From: an uncultured Aquimarina sp.
Lineage (GTDB): Bacteria > Bacteroidota > Bacteroidia > Flavobacteriales > Flavobacteriaceae
Direction: 5' to 3'
DNA length: 64,000 nucleotides
Assembly: GCF_947492965.1 (NCBI RefSeq)
Contig: NZ_CANLOZ010000001.1
Location: forward strand, 931,975 to 995,974
Below are positions 18,082 to 27,353 of this stretch, piece after piece. The position numbers were made by a program, and so were the translations under genes. The notes below the pieces were generated by a model. The model was not told where the DNA came from. It saw only the letters and a program-made list of their open reading frames with translations, and ran no database searches. Position 1 is the stretch's first letter. The number at the start of each line of letters is the position of its first letter.

Positions 18082-18801
18082 ATGATGAAAAAGTTGGTCA
18101 GTGTTACAATTCTATTCTTATGTGTTTCAAAATATAGTTATAGTCAGAATTTAGATAACGATCAAAAACAAAGAAGAGAGAAGAAACCAATTGCCTTTAC
18201 CAATGGTTTTAGCTCTATTGCCAGTGATGAAAGTAATGAGCTGGATATTTACGGAGGTATTATGTTTGAACGAAAAAACGGATGGGGATATGGATTTGAT
18301 TTTACAAGATCTGCCTACACCGCAGAAAGTACAAAAGGTATCCCTCCAATAGATGAGATAGAAAACTTTGAAGGAACAGAATTACCTGAAGGAATTGAAA
18401 AAAGATTTCCTTATAGTGGTGAGAGGGATAATAGGTTGTATGCGTTATCTCCTAATTTATTTAAGTCTTTTGCTCTTAACAAGAAAAGGTCTTTTAAGAT
18501 ATTTGCTATGCTAGGTCCTTCTATTATCTATAGCGAAGACTATGAGTATGCTGTTGAATATTCTCCAGGATCTACTTGTGGTTTTGGAGGTTTTTGTTTT
18601 CCCGGTTCATCGGGGCCATCTTTGGATTATAGGAGAGTACAAGAAAGTAAGAAAATCATTCTTGGGGGATTTTCTAAGATATCTTTGCGATATACATTTA
18701 ATAGTGTAGTAGGTCTCGAACTTTCTACTTACGGTAATCTCAATGGGGTTAAAAGTGTATATGGTTTTCAGTTTGGTGTTGTCTTAGGAAGACTTTTCTA
18801 A
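18082..18801 (+). CDS. Hypothetical outer-membrane beta-barrel protein
   Basis: Signal peptide (YSYS-Q), amphipathic strands, terminal Phe and a CGFGGFC loop. Confidence 0.7.
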   Translation: MMKKLVSVTILFLCVSKYSYSQNLDNDQKQRREKKPIAFTNGFSSIASDESNELDIYGGIMFERKNGWGYGFDFTRSAYTAESTKGIPPIDEIENFEGTELPEGIEKRFPYSGERDNRLYALSPNLFKSFALNKKRSFKIFAMLGPSIIYSEDYEYAVEYSPGSTCGFGGFCFPGSSGPSLDYRRVQESKKIILGGFSKISLRYTFNSVVGLELSTYGNLNGVKSVYGFQFGVVLGRLF

Positions 18802-18804
18802 TAG

Positions 18805-18850
18805 AAAAAACAACCCCTCTTTAAGACCTATTAAAGAGGGGTTGTTTTTT
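18805..18850. terminator. Bidirectional terminator
   Basis: aaaaaacaacccctcttta / taaagaggggttgtttttt. Confidence 0.88.
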
Positions 18851-18854
18851 GTTG

Positions 18855-21362
18855 TTATTGTATCACAAAACGACCGTAGGCTCCTTGTATTTTAGCAATA
18901 TAAGTTCCACTACTTAAGTTATTAGTGTTAATCGTACCATTGGTACTATTAAACTCTTCTTTTAGGATTGTTCTACCTTTAAGATCAAAGACTTGTACTA
19001 AACCGATAGCTGTCTTAGAAATGATTTGGATCGGTTGGTTTTGTGAAGGAATAGGGTATAATAAAATACCCTTACTAGCTAGAGTGTTTTCATCTACTCC
19101 TAAGGTAGCATCACATTCTAGGTCACCATAGATATTCACTTCGACAATACTTGCAAAACCAGATCCTGTATTGGTACCATTGGAAGTAAACTTGATATAT
19201 CTTCCTGTTACATTGTTAAGAGCAAATAACTGCTCTGTATTTTCAGCACCACTTTCGATGGCACTATCTTGTCCTGTTAATACATTGGTAAAAGGACCAT
19301 TTTGATCATCGGCAACGGCAATATCGAAATTAATCGTTCTTTCATCAGCTTTTAAAACATGAATTCCTATTTGACTAAGGGTTCTTATACAAGATACATC
19401 GAATGTTATCGAAACTTCAGGTTCGGTATTTGCGTCTCCTGTCCAATATTCAGATGCGGTTACATTATCATCCCAAGCAAATTGAGGTCCAACATTAGGT
19501 TTTCCTTGTTCAGTTCCTATTGCAGTTGCGTCTACTATGGTGATTTCTTCTGAAAAAAGATTAGACTGTATAATGTTTACTGTAGTGGTTAAATCACTTC
19601 CTCCAGGAGTCTCATTAATGGTTAAGGTTGCGGTACGCTGTGCATTAGTATTATTCTCTGTATAGTCAACTGTAATTATTGCAGAGTTGCTTCCCGAAAC
19701 ATTATCAACTGTTATCCAAGCGGAGTTTTCGGTTATAGTCCAGTTAACATTAGCATTGATTTCAAACGAAATGTTTCCTCCACTTCGATTTGCGTTCAAT
19801 GTTGTTGGAGTAGCTGTTAGTCTTGGAGTATCCATTCCAGTTCCACCAAAACCAATACTCACACCTACATCGGCAGTTGTGTATGGAATACGAGATCCAC
19901 CTGAATTGAATTCTTCTGCACCTGCATCAAGGCTTCCAGAACGAGTACCTCCTAAGATGTCCGTAGTAACAAAAGGGTAGTTACCAACTGCTGCGTCGAT
20001 AGCAGGACTGTTAGAACCTAATTCATAATAAAAAGGACCATTTTCTAAAAGTCCAGATGTTACTACTTGGTTACTATTAGTGCCCGTTGAAAGATCCCAG
20101 GAACCATTTTGTGTTATATTTCCTTGATATACGGATGTTCCTGTTGGTGCTGTTTGCTCGTCAACTGCACTTTCTGCAGTATTAATCATGATATTATTTG
20201 CAATAATTAAGTTTTCTGGTGCTAAGCTTAAGTTACCTCCAACATTAGTTCCGATTCTAAAACCATAATCACAGTTTACAAAAGTATTATTTACTATAGT
20301 AGCATCAATAACCTGATAATATCCATTAAGGGCTGTATTAGGTCTTCCATTACTAACATTAATAGCTCCAGCTGTACTAGTGTTGCTACCATCTGGTTTT
20401 TCAGAATTTACTCCTTCAATATAGTTGTTATATACTCTATGTCCTTCTCCAATTACACGAATACCACCCGAAAAAAGATTGTTTTGGGCAAAAAAGAAGT
20501 TGTTGTATACTTCGCAGTTATCACCATGGCGTAATGTTAACGTTCCTTGATAGTCTCTAAAAGTATTATTGTAATATTTGTTTTCACCACTTTTGTTTGA
20601 AATAATTTCTACTTCTCCAGACCAGTTGTAAAATAGATTGTCATAAACTTCAGTATTAGAAGGATGTAATGAGGTGCTACTGTTTCCTATTCTAATAGCA
20701 TCTTGATCATTATCCTGATTAACCTCTCTAATTGGTGTACGATCTGCAAAATAGTTATGATGAATTTTTGTAAAATCAGGCTCTGCAAATTCAGTAGAAG
20801 TAGCATTTCTATTGTCGTTGATAATACTACCAATACCATGTTTTCCAATAAATGAACTGAAGCTAATTTCGTTATATTGTCCGTACACCACAATCCATTT
20901 GAAAGTTAAGGTTTCTTGTGATGTAGTTCCATTATAACTATCTACTTTTATATTTGTTACTGTACAATGATCACATTCATTGTTACTACTATCTCTAAAC
21001 TCAATTATAGGTTCTATTGTACTTCCGCTAGTGCTTAAGTTTGATGGATTTTGAAAAACTACTCCTTCAAAAACAACATAGGAACCACCCATACTTACTC
21101 TAGAATTACCTTCGAAAAAAACTGAACCTGGAGTTTGTGCTTTGATAGTAACTGGATTTGTTTCCGTGCCATTTTTATTGATGTTTATGACCACATTTGT
21201 CCAAGTTCCATTAGCTAGTGTAATGGTAGATCCTGCGGATGCATTAGTGATAGCGCTTTGTAATTCAGAATTGTTAGAAACTGTTTGTGCAAATATTGGG
21301 GTATTTGCAAAAGTCAGCAATACACAAATGACGATTGTGCTTGTTAAGATTTTAATGTTCAT
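18855..21362 (-). CDS. Polysaccharide lyase family 6 (alginate lyase / chondroitinase B fold) with BACON, F5/8-type C (CBM32-like) and T9SS C-terminal domains
   Basis: PL6 N-terminus (ASAGSTITLANGTW); NDQDAIRIG, GEVEIISNKS and TLRHG catalytic motifs; LYPIPS...GTYIAKI CTD. Confidence 0.9.
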   Translation of the reverse strand: MNIKILTSTIVICVLLTFANTPIFAQTVSNNSELQSAITNASAGSTITLANGTWTNVVININKNGTETNPVTIKAQTPGSVFFEGNSRVSMGGSYVVFEGVVFQNPSNLSTSGSTIEPIIEFRDSSNNECDHCTVTNIKVDSYNGTTSQETLTFKWIVVYGQYNEISFSSFIGKHGIGSIINDNRNATSTEFAEPDFTKIHHNYFADRTPIREVNQDNDQDAIRIGNSSTSLHPSNTEVYDNLFYNWSGEVEIISNKSGENKYYNNTFRDYQGTLTLRHGDNCEVYNNFFFAQNNLFSGGIRVIGEGHRVYNNYIEGVNSEKPDGSNTSTAGAINVSNGRPNTALNGYYQVIDATIVNNTFVNCDYGFRIGTNVGGNLSLAPENLIIANNIMINTAESAVDEQTAPTGTSVYQGNITQNGSWDLSTGTNSNQVVTSGLLENGPFYYELGSNSPAIDAAVGNYPFVTTDILGGTRSGSLDAGAEEFNSGGSRIPYTTADVGVSIGFGGTGMDTPRLTATPTTLNANRSGGNISFEINANVNWTITENSAWITVDNVSGSNSAIITVDYTENNTNAQRTATLTINETPGGSDLTTTVNIIQSNLFSEEITIVDATAIGTEQGKPNVGPQFAWDDNVTASEYWTGDANTEPEVSITFDVSCIRTLSQIGIHVLKADERTINFDIAVADDQNGPFTNVLTGQDSAIESGAENTEQLFALNNVTGRYIKFTSNGTNTGSGFASIVEVNIYGDLECDATLGVDENTLASKGILLYPIPSQNQPIQIISKTAIGLVQVFDLKGRTILKEEFNSTNGTINTNNLSSGTYIAKIQGAYGRFVIQ

Positions 21363-21381
21363 GATTTAGGGTCTTCAATTA

Positions 21382-21440
21382 AATTGGTCAACCAATTTGG
21401 TCAACCAGACAAATATACTATTCATTTTTGTAAAACCAAA
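21382..21440 (-). promoter_or_regulatory. PL6 promoter TTTG-N19-TATATTTG with overlapping FadR/GntR-type operators
   Basis: -33 at 21437-21440, -7 at 21410-21417; aattggtcaaccaatt at 21382-21397 and ttggtcaacca at 21397-21407. Confidence 0.75.
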
Positions 21441-21469
21441 AAACGCTTTCAAAAATAATGAAAGCGTTT
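21441..21469 (-). terminator. pnp terminator
   Basis: aaacgctttca / tgaaagcgttt stem with U-run on the minus strand. Confidence 0.7.
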
Positions 21470-21499
21470 ATTATTAGGTGTTTAGAGAAATGTTATAGT

Positions 21500-23689
21500 C
21501 TACTTCTCTTTTTTGTCATTGTTTCTTGGTTTTCTATCACCTCTTGGTTTATCACCATCTTTTCTTGGTGGTCTAGGTAATAAAGCTTTTCTGGAAACTT
21601 TTTCCTTTCGAGTTCTAGAATCAATACCAAAGTATTTTACATCCATTACATCACCCATATTTACCACGTCACTTACATTTTCAGTACGTTCCCAAGCTAA
21701 TTCAGAAACGTGAAGTAGTACTTCATTTCCTGGAGCTTCCATATATTCTACAACAGCTCCGAAGTCAAGCATTTTTACAACTTTCACTTCATAGACACTT
21801 CCTACTTCTGGTTTGAAAGTAATAGCATTTATTTTTGCTAGAACTTTATCAATTCCTTCTTGATCTGTACCAAGGATTTCTACAATACCTTCTTCGGTAA
21901 CAGGATCTTCATTAATTACAATAGTTGTATTTGTTTCCTTCTGAAGTTCTTGAATAACCTTACCTCCAGGTCCGATAAGAGCACCAATATATTCTCCAGG
22001 AATGGTTCTGGTAACCATTTTTGGAGCGTGTCCTTTTACATCTGCATTTGGAGTAGAAATTGTATCGGTTAATTTTTCGAGAATGTGTAAACGTCCATCA
22101 CGAGCTTGTTTTAATGCATTTACTAAAATCTCATAGCTTAATCCTTTAATCTTAATATCCATCTGGCAAGCAGTGATACCATCTGCAGTACCAGTAACTT
22201 TAAAGTCCATGTCTCCTAAGTGATCTTCATCACCTAGAATATCCGATAATACTGCATAATTACCTGTGTCTGGATCGGAAATTAATCCCATCGCAATACC
22301 TGAAACTGGCTTTTTTAGTTGAACTCCAGCATCCATTAATGCCATAGTTCCAGAACATACTGTTGCCATAGAAGAAGATCCGTTAGATTCTAGAATTTCA
22401 GAAACTACACGAACTGTATATGGACAGTCATCAGGAATCATTCCTTTAAGAGCACGTTGCGCTAAATTACCATGTCCGACCTCTCTTCTTGAAGTTCCAC
22501 GAATTGGTCTTGCTTCTCCTGTAGAGAAAGGAGGGAAGTTGTAATGTAGATAAAATGTTTCTTCTCCTTCGTAAGAAGGCATATCTATCTGATTAGCTTC
22601 TCTAGAAGTTCCTAAAGTTACAGTTGCTAAAGCCTGTGTTTCACCCCTTGTAAATATAGACGATCCGTGTGTAGATGGTAGATAGTCGACTTCACACCAA
22701 ATTGGTCTAATTTCGGTTGTCTTTCTTCCATCAAGTCGTAATCCTTCGTTTAGTGTCAAATCACGAACCGCTGCTTTTTCGGCTTTTCCGTAATATTTAG
22801 AAACTAAGTCTCCTATGTCTTCTAATTCCTCTTCAGAAAAAGTAGCTAATATTTCTTCTTTGATTTCTGCAAATGCAGCACCTCTTTCTTTCTTAGAAGA
22901 ACCTTGTTTTGCTACAGCATATACTTTAGCATATGCCATATCATGAATTTTCTGAGCTAGATCTTCATCATTTCTTTCTGGTTCGTATTCTCTAACTTCC
23001 TTCTTTCCGAATGCTTCTGCTAATTTTCTTTGAGCAATACATTGTGCCTTAATAGCTTCATGTGCAAACTTGATAGCTTCTGTCATTTCCTCTTCGGAAA
23101 TTTCATCCATTTCTCCTTCAACCATCATAACAGAATCTTCAGATGCTCCGATGACCATATCAATATCAGATTCGTCTAATTGAGCTCTTGTAGGATTTAC
23201 AATAAACTCTCCGTTAATTCTTCCTACTCTTACTTCAGAAATAGGACATTCAAATGGAAAATCAGATAATTGTATTGCTGCAGACGCTGCCAATGCCGCC
23301 ATTGCATCTGGCATCACATTTTCATCATGAGACATTAACTGAATCATTACCTGAGTTTCGGAGTGATAATCTTTAGGAAATAGTGGACGTAGTACACGGT
23401 CTACTAATCTCATTGTTAATACCTCTCCATCACTTGGTCTCGCTTCTCTCTTGAAGAATCCACCAGGATATCTACCTGCAGCTGCAAATTTTTCTCTATA
23501 GTCTACAGTTAATGGAAGGAAATCTACATCTGCGGCTTTATAGTTAGAAACTACAGTACATAATAGCATACACTTTCCTGATTGTACAACAACAGAACCA
23601 TGTGCCTGTTTTGCTAATTTTCCAGTCTCTAAACTAATTTCTCTTCCATCACCTAGGTCAATGACCTCTCTATACACTTTTGGAATCAT
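21500..23689 (-). CDS. pnp: Polyribonucleotide nucleotidyltransferase (PNPase)
   Basis: [16 protein letters not shown] and [10 protein letters not shown] motifs; KH and S1 domains. Confidence 0.98.
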   Translation of the reverse strand: MIPKVYREVIDLGDGREISLETGKLAKQAHGSVVVQSGKCMLLCTVVSNYKAADVDFLPLTVDYREKFAAAGRYPGGFFKREARPSDGEVLTMRLVDRVLRPLFPKDYHSETQVMIQLMSHDENVMPDAMAALAASAAIQLSDFPFECPISEVRVGRINGEFIVNPTRAQLDESDIDMVIGASEDSVMMVEGEMDEISEEEMTEAIKFAHEAIKAQCIAQRKLAEAFGKKEVREYEPERNDEDLAQKIHDMAYAKVYAVAKQGSSKKERGAAFAEIKEEILATFSEEELEDIGDLVSKYYGKAEKAAVRDLTLNEGLRLDGRKTTEIRPIWCEVDYLPSTHGSSIFTRGETQALATVTLGTSREANQIDMPSYEGEETFYLHYNFPPFSTGEARPIRGTSRREVGHGNLAQRALKGMIPDDCPYTVRVVSEILESNGSSSMATVCSGTMALMDAGVQLKKPVSGIAMGLISDPDTGNYAVLSDILGDEDHLGDMDFKVTGTADGITACQMDIKIKGLSYEILVNALKQARDGRLHILEKLTDTISTPNADVKGHAPKMVTRTIPGEYIGALIGPGGKVIQELQKETNTTIVINEDPVTEEGIVEILGTDQEGIDKVLAKINAITFKPEVGSVYEVKVVKMLDFGAVVEYMEAPGNEVLLHVSELAWERTENVSDVVNMGDVMDVKYFGIDSRTRKEKVSRKALLPRPPRKDGDKPRGDRKPRNNDKKEK

Positions 23690-23756
23690 ATTCTTTTTTT
23701 GATTCTAATCTCAATATATAATGCGATTGCATTTCTTATATCAAGATTTCATTAAA

Positions 23757-23819
23757 CATTGGTTTCCGTCTTACTCGGACGGACAAGGTTGTGTTGTTGT
23801 AGTTGTTGTGCGACCAATG
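23757..23819 (-). promoter_or_regulatory. Structured pnp leader (candidate cis-regulatory RNA)
   Basis: CAUUGGU/ACCAAUG outer stem enclosing a CAA-repeat single strand and a UCCGUC/GACGGA hairpin. Confidence 0.5.
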
Positions 23820-23901
23820 AAAAACTAAGGCATTCATTTTAATCTTCTCTAGATCAAAATGTTTTATTAAATTTTGTCAAAAAGAAAATAAGAGTATAAT
23901 T

Positions 23902-23930
23902 AAAAAGAGAGGCATACAGCCTCTCTTTTT
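23902..23930 (-). terminator. rpsO terminator
   Basis: aaaaagagaggc / gcctctcttttt. Confidence 0.85.
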
Positions 23931-23933
23931 TGA

Positions 23934-24203
23934 TTATTTTCTTAATCCTAATTCTTTTACGATTGCACGATATCTCATGATATCTTTCTTTTTAAGATAG
24001 TCTAAAAGATCTCTACGCTTACCTACTAATTTTACTAGTGAACGCTCAGTGTTAAAATCTTTACGATTCTTTTTTAAGTGTTCAGTTAAGTGTGAAATTC
24101 TGTGTGTAAACAATGCAATCTGTCCTTCAGCAGAACCCGTATCGTTTTTACCTTTACCGTGTTTTGCGAAGATTTCTTCTTTAATTTCTTTTGTTAAATA
24201 CAT
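23934..24203 (-). CDS. rpsO: 30S ribosomal protein S15
   Basis: DTGSAEGQIALFT...HLKKNRKD motif; ATG at 24203 gives 89 aa. Confidence 0.98.
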   Translation of the reverse strand: MYLTKEIKEEIFAKHGKGKNDTGSAEGQIALFTHRISHLTEHLKKNRKDFNTERSLVKLVGKRRDLLDYLKKKDIMRYRAIVKELGLRK

Positions 24204-24251
24204 TCCAATATTATTTAAATGATTTTTATGTATAAATAGCATTCTGCTATT
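24204..24251 (-). promoter_or_regulatory. rpsO 5' leader hairpin (candidate S15 autoregulatory leader)
   Basis: aatagca-gaa-tgctatt hairpin immediately after the TATATTTG -7 element at 24258-24265. Confidence 0.45.
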
Positions 24252-24367
24252 AGCGTGCAAATATAATACTTTTTCGACAAGAAACTCTTTTTATGAAAAA
24301 AAACGTCCTTAATTAAACCTTTTTTAAATAGGTAAGTCCTAGAGAAGTAACATTAAAAATTAAGATA

Positions 24368-25198
24368 ATGAAGAACAACATTTTAAAATTTGGATTTATT
24401 GCATTCTTTTCTGTGGTTTTAGTGGGATGTAATAGCGAAGAAGTAGCAGATCAATTATCATTTGATGCTATAGATACGACGGAAGCTTCCTTAACAGCGA
24501 ATATTGATGACGGTTCTGAGGTAATAAGTGATCTTACATTGCAAGGTTTCGAGGATGAAGAGAACTTAGGAAAAAGCAGTAATAATCGTTTTTTGCCTGA
24601 TTGTGCTACAATAACTGTGGTTTTAACTGATACTTCTAAGGAGGTAACAATTGATTTTGGAACAGAAGGTTGTGAGGTGAGAAGTGGGCATATTGTAAAA
24701 GGAAAGATACTGATGTCTTATCAGCTCGATGTAGATGCTATGTCATTGGTTATTAATTATGGCTTAGAAGCTTTCTTTATAGACGATATGCAATTTGAAG
24801 GAGCGAAAACAATTACAAGATTAAAATCAAATACTAATGGGAATCCACAGTATTCAATGGATTTAGATCTTACAGTAACTTTTGCTGATGGTACACAAGC
24901 ATCAAGAACAGGTAGTAAGACTAGAGAATGGATAGAAGGTGCCTTTAATGGTAATTGGGGTGATAATGTGTTTTTAATTACGGGAGCATGGCAAACAAAT
25001 CTTGCAAATGGTAATATGCATAGTACAACGATCACTACGCCTATAAGAAGAGAAGCTAGTTGTAGATTTTTAGTTAGTGGGGTAGTAGAGTTGGTGAGAA
25101 CTAATTACAGTGGTACTTTAGATTATGGAGATGGTTCTTGCGATAATAAAGCAGTGTTTACCAATTCAGATGGAGAACAAAGAGAAATTGTGTTGTAA
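24368..25198 (+). CDS. Hypothetical lipoprotein
   Basis: VLVG-C lipobox; DFGTEGC and DYGDGSCDN motifs. Confidence 0.8.
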   Translation: MKNNILKFGFIAFFSVVLVGCNSEEVADQLSFDAIDTTEASLTANIDDGSEVISDLTLQGFEDEENLGKSSNNRFLPDCATITVVLTDTSKEVTIDFGTEGCEVRSGHIVKGKILMSYQLDVDAMSLVINYGLEAFFIDDMQFEGAKTITRLKSNTNGNPQYSMDLDLTVTFADGTQASRTGSKTREWIEGAFNGNWGDNVFLITGAWQTNLANGNMHSTTITTPIRREASCRFLVSGVVELVRTNYSGTLDYGDGSCDNKAVFTNSDGEQREIVL

Positions 25199-25217
25199 TT
25201 ATTTGGTTTAAACAAAG

Positions 25218-25250
25218 AAAAAGCGTCCTTGTTTTCAAGGACGCTTTTTT
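25218..25250. terminator. Bidirectional terminator
   Basis: aaaaagcgtccttg / caaggacgcttttt. Confidence 0.88.
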
Positions 25251-25271
25251 GTTTGTCTAAAAATCGTATCT

Positions 25272-26132
25272 CTAATTAGATGATAAAGGTCTGTTTAGGA
25301 TAAGATCAAGATATAGATTTATTTTTTCTTTTAGATTTTGTCTAGGGCTTATAAAGTCTAAGAACCCATGTTCTTTAAGGAATTCTGCTGTTTGGAAACC
25401 TTCAGGAAGTTCTTTTCCTGTGGTATCGCGAACAACTCTTGGACCAGCAAATCCTATCAAAGCTCCTGGTTCTGCAATATTGATGTCTCCGAGCATTGCA
25501 AAAGAGGCAGTCGTTCCTCCTGTAGTAGGATCTGTACATAAAGAAATGTAAGGAATTCCTGCATCTGCCAGTTGAGCAAGTTTAGCAGAAGTTTTTGCTA
25601 ACTGCATAAGTGATAATGCTGCTTCCATCATTCGAGCACCTCCAGATTTAGAGATAATCATAAAGGGTATGTTATGTTTTAAGGAATGATCTGCAGCTCT
25701 GGCTATTTTTTCTCCAACAACGCTTCCCATAGATCCACCGATGAATGAAAAATCCATACAAGCAATTACAATGTCATTACCATTTGATTTTCCTACTGCA
25801 GTTCTAACAGCGTCTTTTAAGTTCGTTTTCTCCTGAGCATCTTTAAGACGTTCAGTATACTTCTTTTTGTCTTCGAATTTAAGAGGGTCCTTAGAGGAAA
25901 GGTTTTTGTCTAATTCTTTAAATTTATTATCATCAAAAAGAATTTCGAAATATTCTTTACTACCGATTCTTACGTGATATCCGTCTTCGGGACTTACATA
26001 AAAGTTCTTTTCCAGTTGTTCTGCATCAACTATTTTACCAGTTGGAGATTTATACCAAAGTCCTTTTGGAACGTCTTTTTTGTCCTCAGTAGCGGTTTGT
26101 ATACCTTTTTGAGTTCTCTTAAACCAAGCCAT
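25272..26132 (-). CDS. accD: Acetyl-CoA carboxylase carboxyltransferase beta subunit
   Basis: [20 protein letters not shown] and GFAGPRV motifs; zinc-finger cysteines absent. Confidence 0.96.
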   Translation of the reverse strand: MAWFKRTQKGIQTATEDKKDVPKGLWYKSPTGKIVDAEQLEKNFYVSPEDGYHVRIGSKEYFEILFDDNKFKELDKNLSSKDPLKFEDKKKYTERLKDAQEKTNLKDAVRTAVGKSNGNDIVIACMDFSFIGGSMGSVVGEKIARAADHSLKHNIPFMIISKSGGARMMEAALSLMQLAKTSAKLAQLADAGIPYISLCTDPTTGGTTASFAMLGDINIAEPGALIGFAGPRVVRDTTGKELPEGFQTAEFLKEHGFLDFISPRQNLKEKINLYLDLILNRPLSSN

Positions 26133-26146
26133 AAATTATTTGTATT

Positions 26147-26185
26147 AAAAAAGCTGAAACTCTTTTTTATTCAGAGTTTCAGCTT
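26147..26185 (-). terminator. Terminator-like hairpin between fbaA and accD
   Basis: aagctgaaactct / agagtttcagctt with U-run on the minus strand. Confidence 0.65.
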
Positions 26186-26198
26186 GGTTGTCTATTAG

Positions 26199-27266
26199 TT
26201 ATAATGTATTTACATTATTTAAATCCTCGAAAGCCTTTTTAAGACGGGTTTTAAAGGTGATTTCACCTTCTCTTAACCATTTTCTAGGGTCGTAATATTT
26301 CTTATTAGGCTCATCAGCGCCTTCTGGATTTCCAATTTGCGTTTTAAGATAATCAATCTTACCGGTCATGTAATCTCTAATCCCTTCGTTAAAAGCAAAC
26401 TGTAAGTCTGTGTCAATATTCATTTTAATTACTCCGTATCCAATTGCTTCTCTGATTTCTTCTAGAGTAGAACCGCTTCCTCCGTGGAACACGAAGTCAA
26501 TGTGGTTATGTTCTACACCATATTTTTCAGAAATAAACTCCTGAGAGTTTTTCAAAATTTTAGGAGTTAATTTTACATTTCCTGGTTTATATACACCATG
26601 AACATTACCAAAAGCAGCCGCTACGGTAAATTTGTCACTTACTTTGCTTAATTCTTCATAAGCGTAAGCAACTTCTTCTGGTTGCGTGTATAATTTAGAA
26701 TCATCTACATCACTATTGTCCACACCATCTTCTTCTCCTCCAGTAATACCTAATTCTATTTCTAGAGTCATCCCCATTTTACTCATACGAGCAAGATATT
26801 CTTTACAGATTTCGATGTTTTCTTCTATAGGCTCCTCTGATAAATCAATCATATGAGAGCTATATAAAGGTTTTCCTGTTTCTTTGTAAAAAGCTTCTCC
26901 TGCTTCTAACAATCCGTCTATCCAAGGAAGTAATTTTTTTGCACAGTGGTCAGTATGCAAAATTACAGGTACCCCATAAGCTTCAGCCATTAGGTGTACA
27001 TGTCGAGCTCCTGCAGTAGCACCTGCGATTGCAGCTTTTTGATCTTCATTAGAAAGTCCTTTTCCTGCATTAAATTGAGCTCCTCCGTTAGAGAATTGAA
27101 TAATTACCGGTGAGTTTAATTCTGCTGCAGTTTCTAATACAGCGTTGATAGAATTGGATCCAATTACATTTACCGCTGGTAAGGCGTAAGCATTTTCTTT
27201 TGCATGATTAAAGATAGCCTGTACTTCGTCTCCTGTTGCAACTCCTGGTTTGATGTTGTGACTCAT
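26199..27266 (-). CDS. fbaA: Class II fructose-bisphosphate aldolase
   Basis: HTDHC, GNVHGVY, FHGGSG and KMNIDTD motifs. Confidence 0.97.
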   Translation of the reverse strand: MSHNIKPGVATGDEVQAIFNHAKENAYALPAVNVIGSNSINAVLETAAELNSPVIIQFSNGGAQFNAGKGLSNEDQKAAIAGATAGARHVHLMAEAYGVPVILHTDHCAKKLLPWIDGLLEAGEAFYKETGKPLYSSHMIDLSEEPIEENIEICKEYLARMSKMGMTLEIELGITGGEEDGVDNSDVDDSKLYTQPEEVAYAYEELSKVSDKFTVAAAFGNVHGVYKPGNVKLTPKILKNSQEFISEKYGVEHNHIDFVFHGGSGSTLEEIREAIGYGVIKMNIDTDLQFAFNEGIRDYMTGKIDYLKTQIGNPEGADEPNKKYYDPRKWLREGEITFKTRLKKAFEDLNNVNTL

Positions 27267-27353
27267 AATTTACTTTTAGTTAATAAGCCTACAAAAATAA
27301 TAAAATAATACGGAATGAATTTTAATTTTAAAGACGAAAAGTGTGATTGTTTT

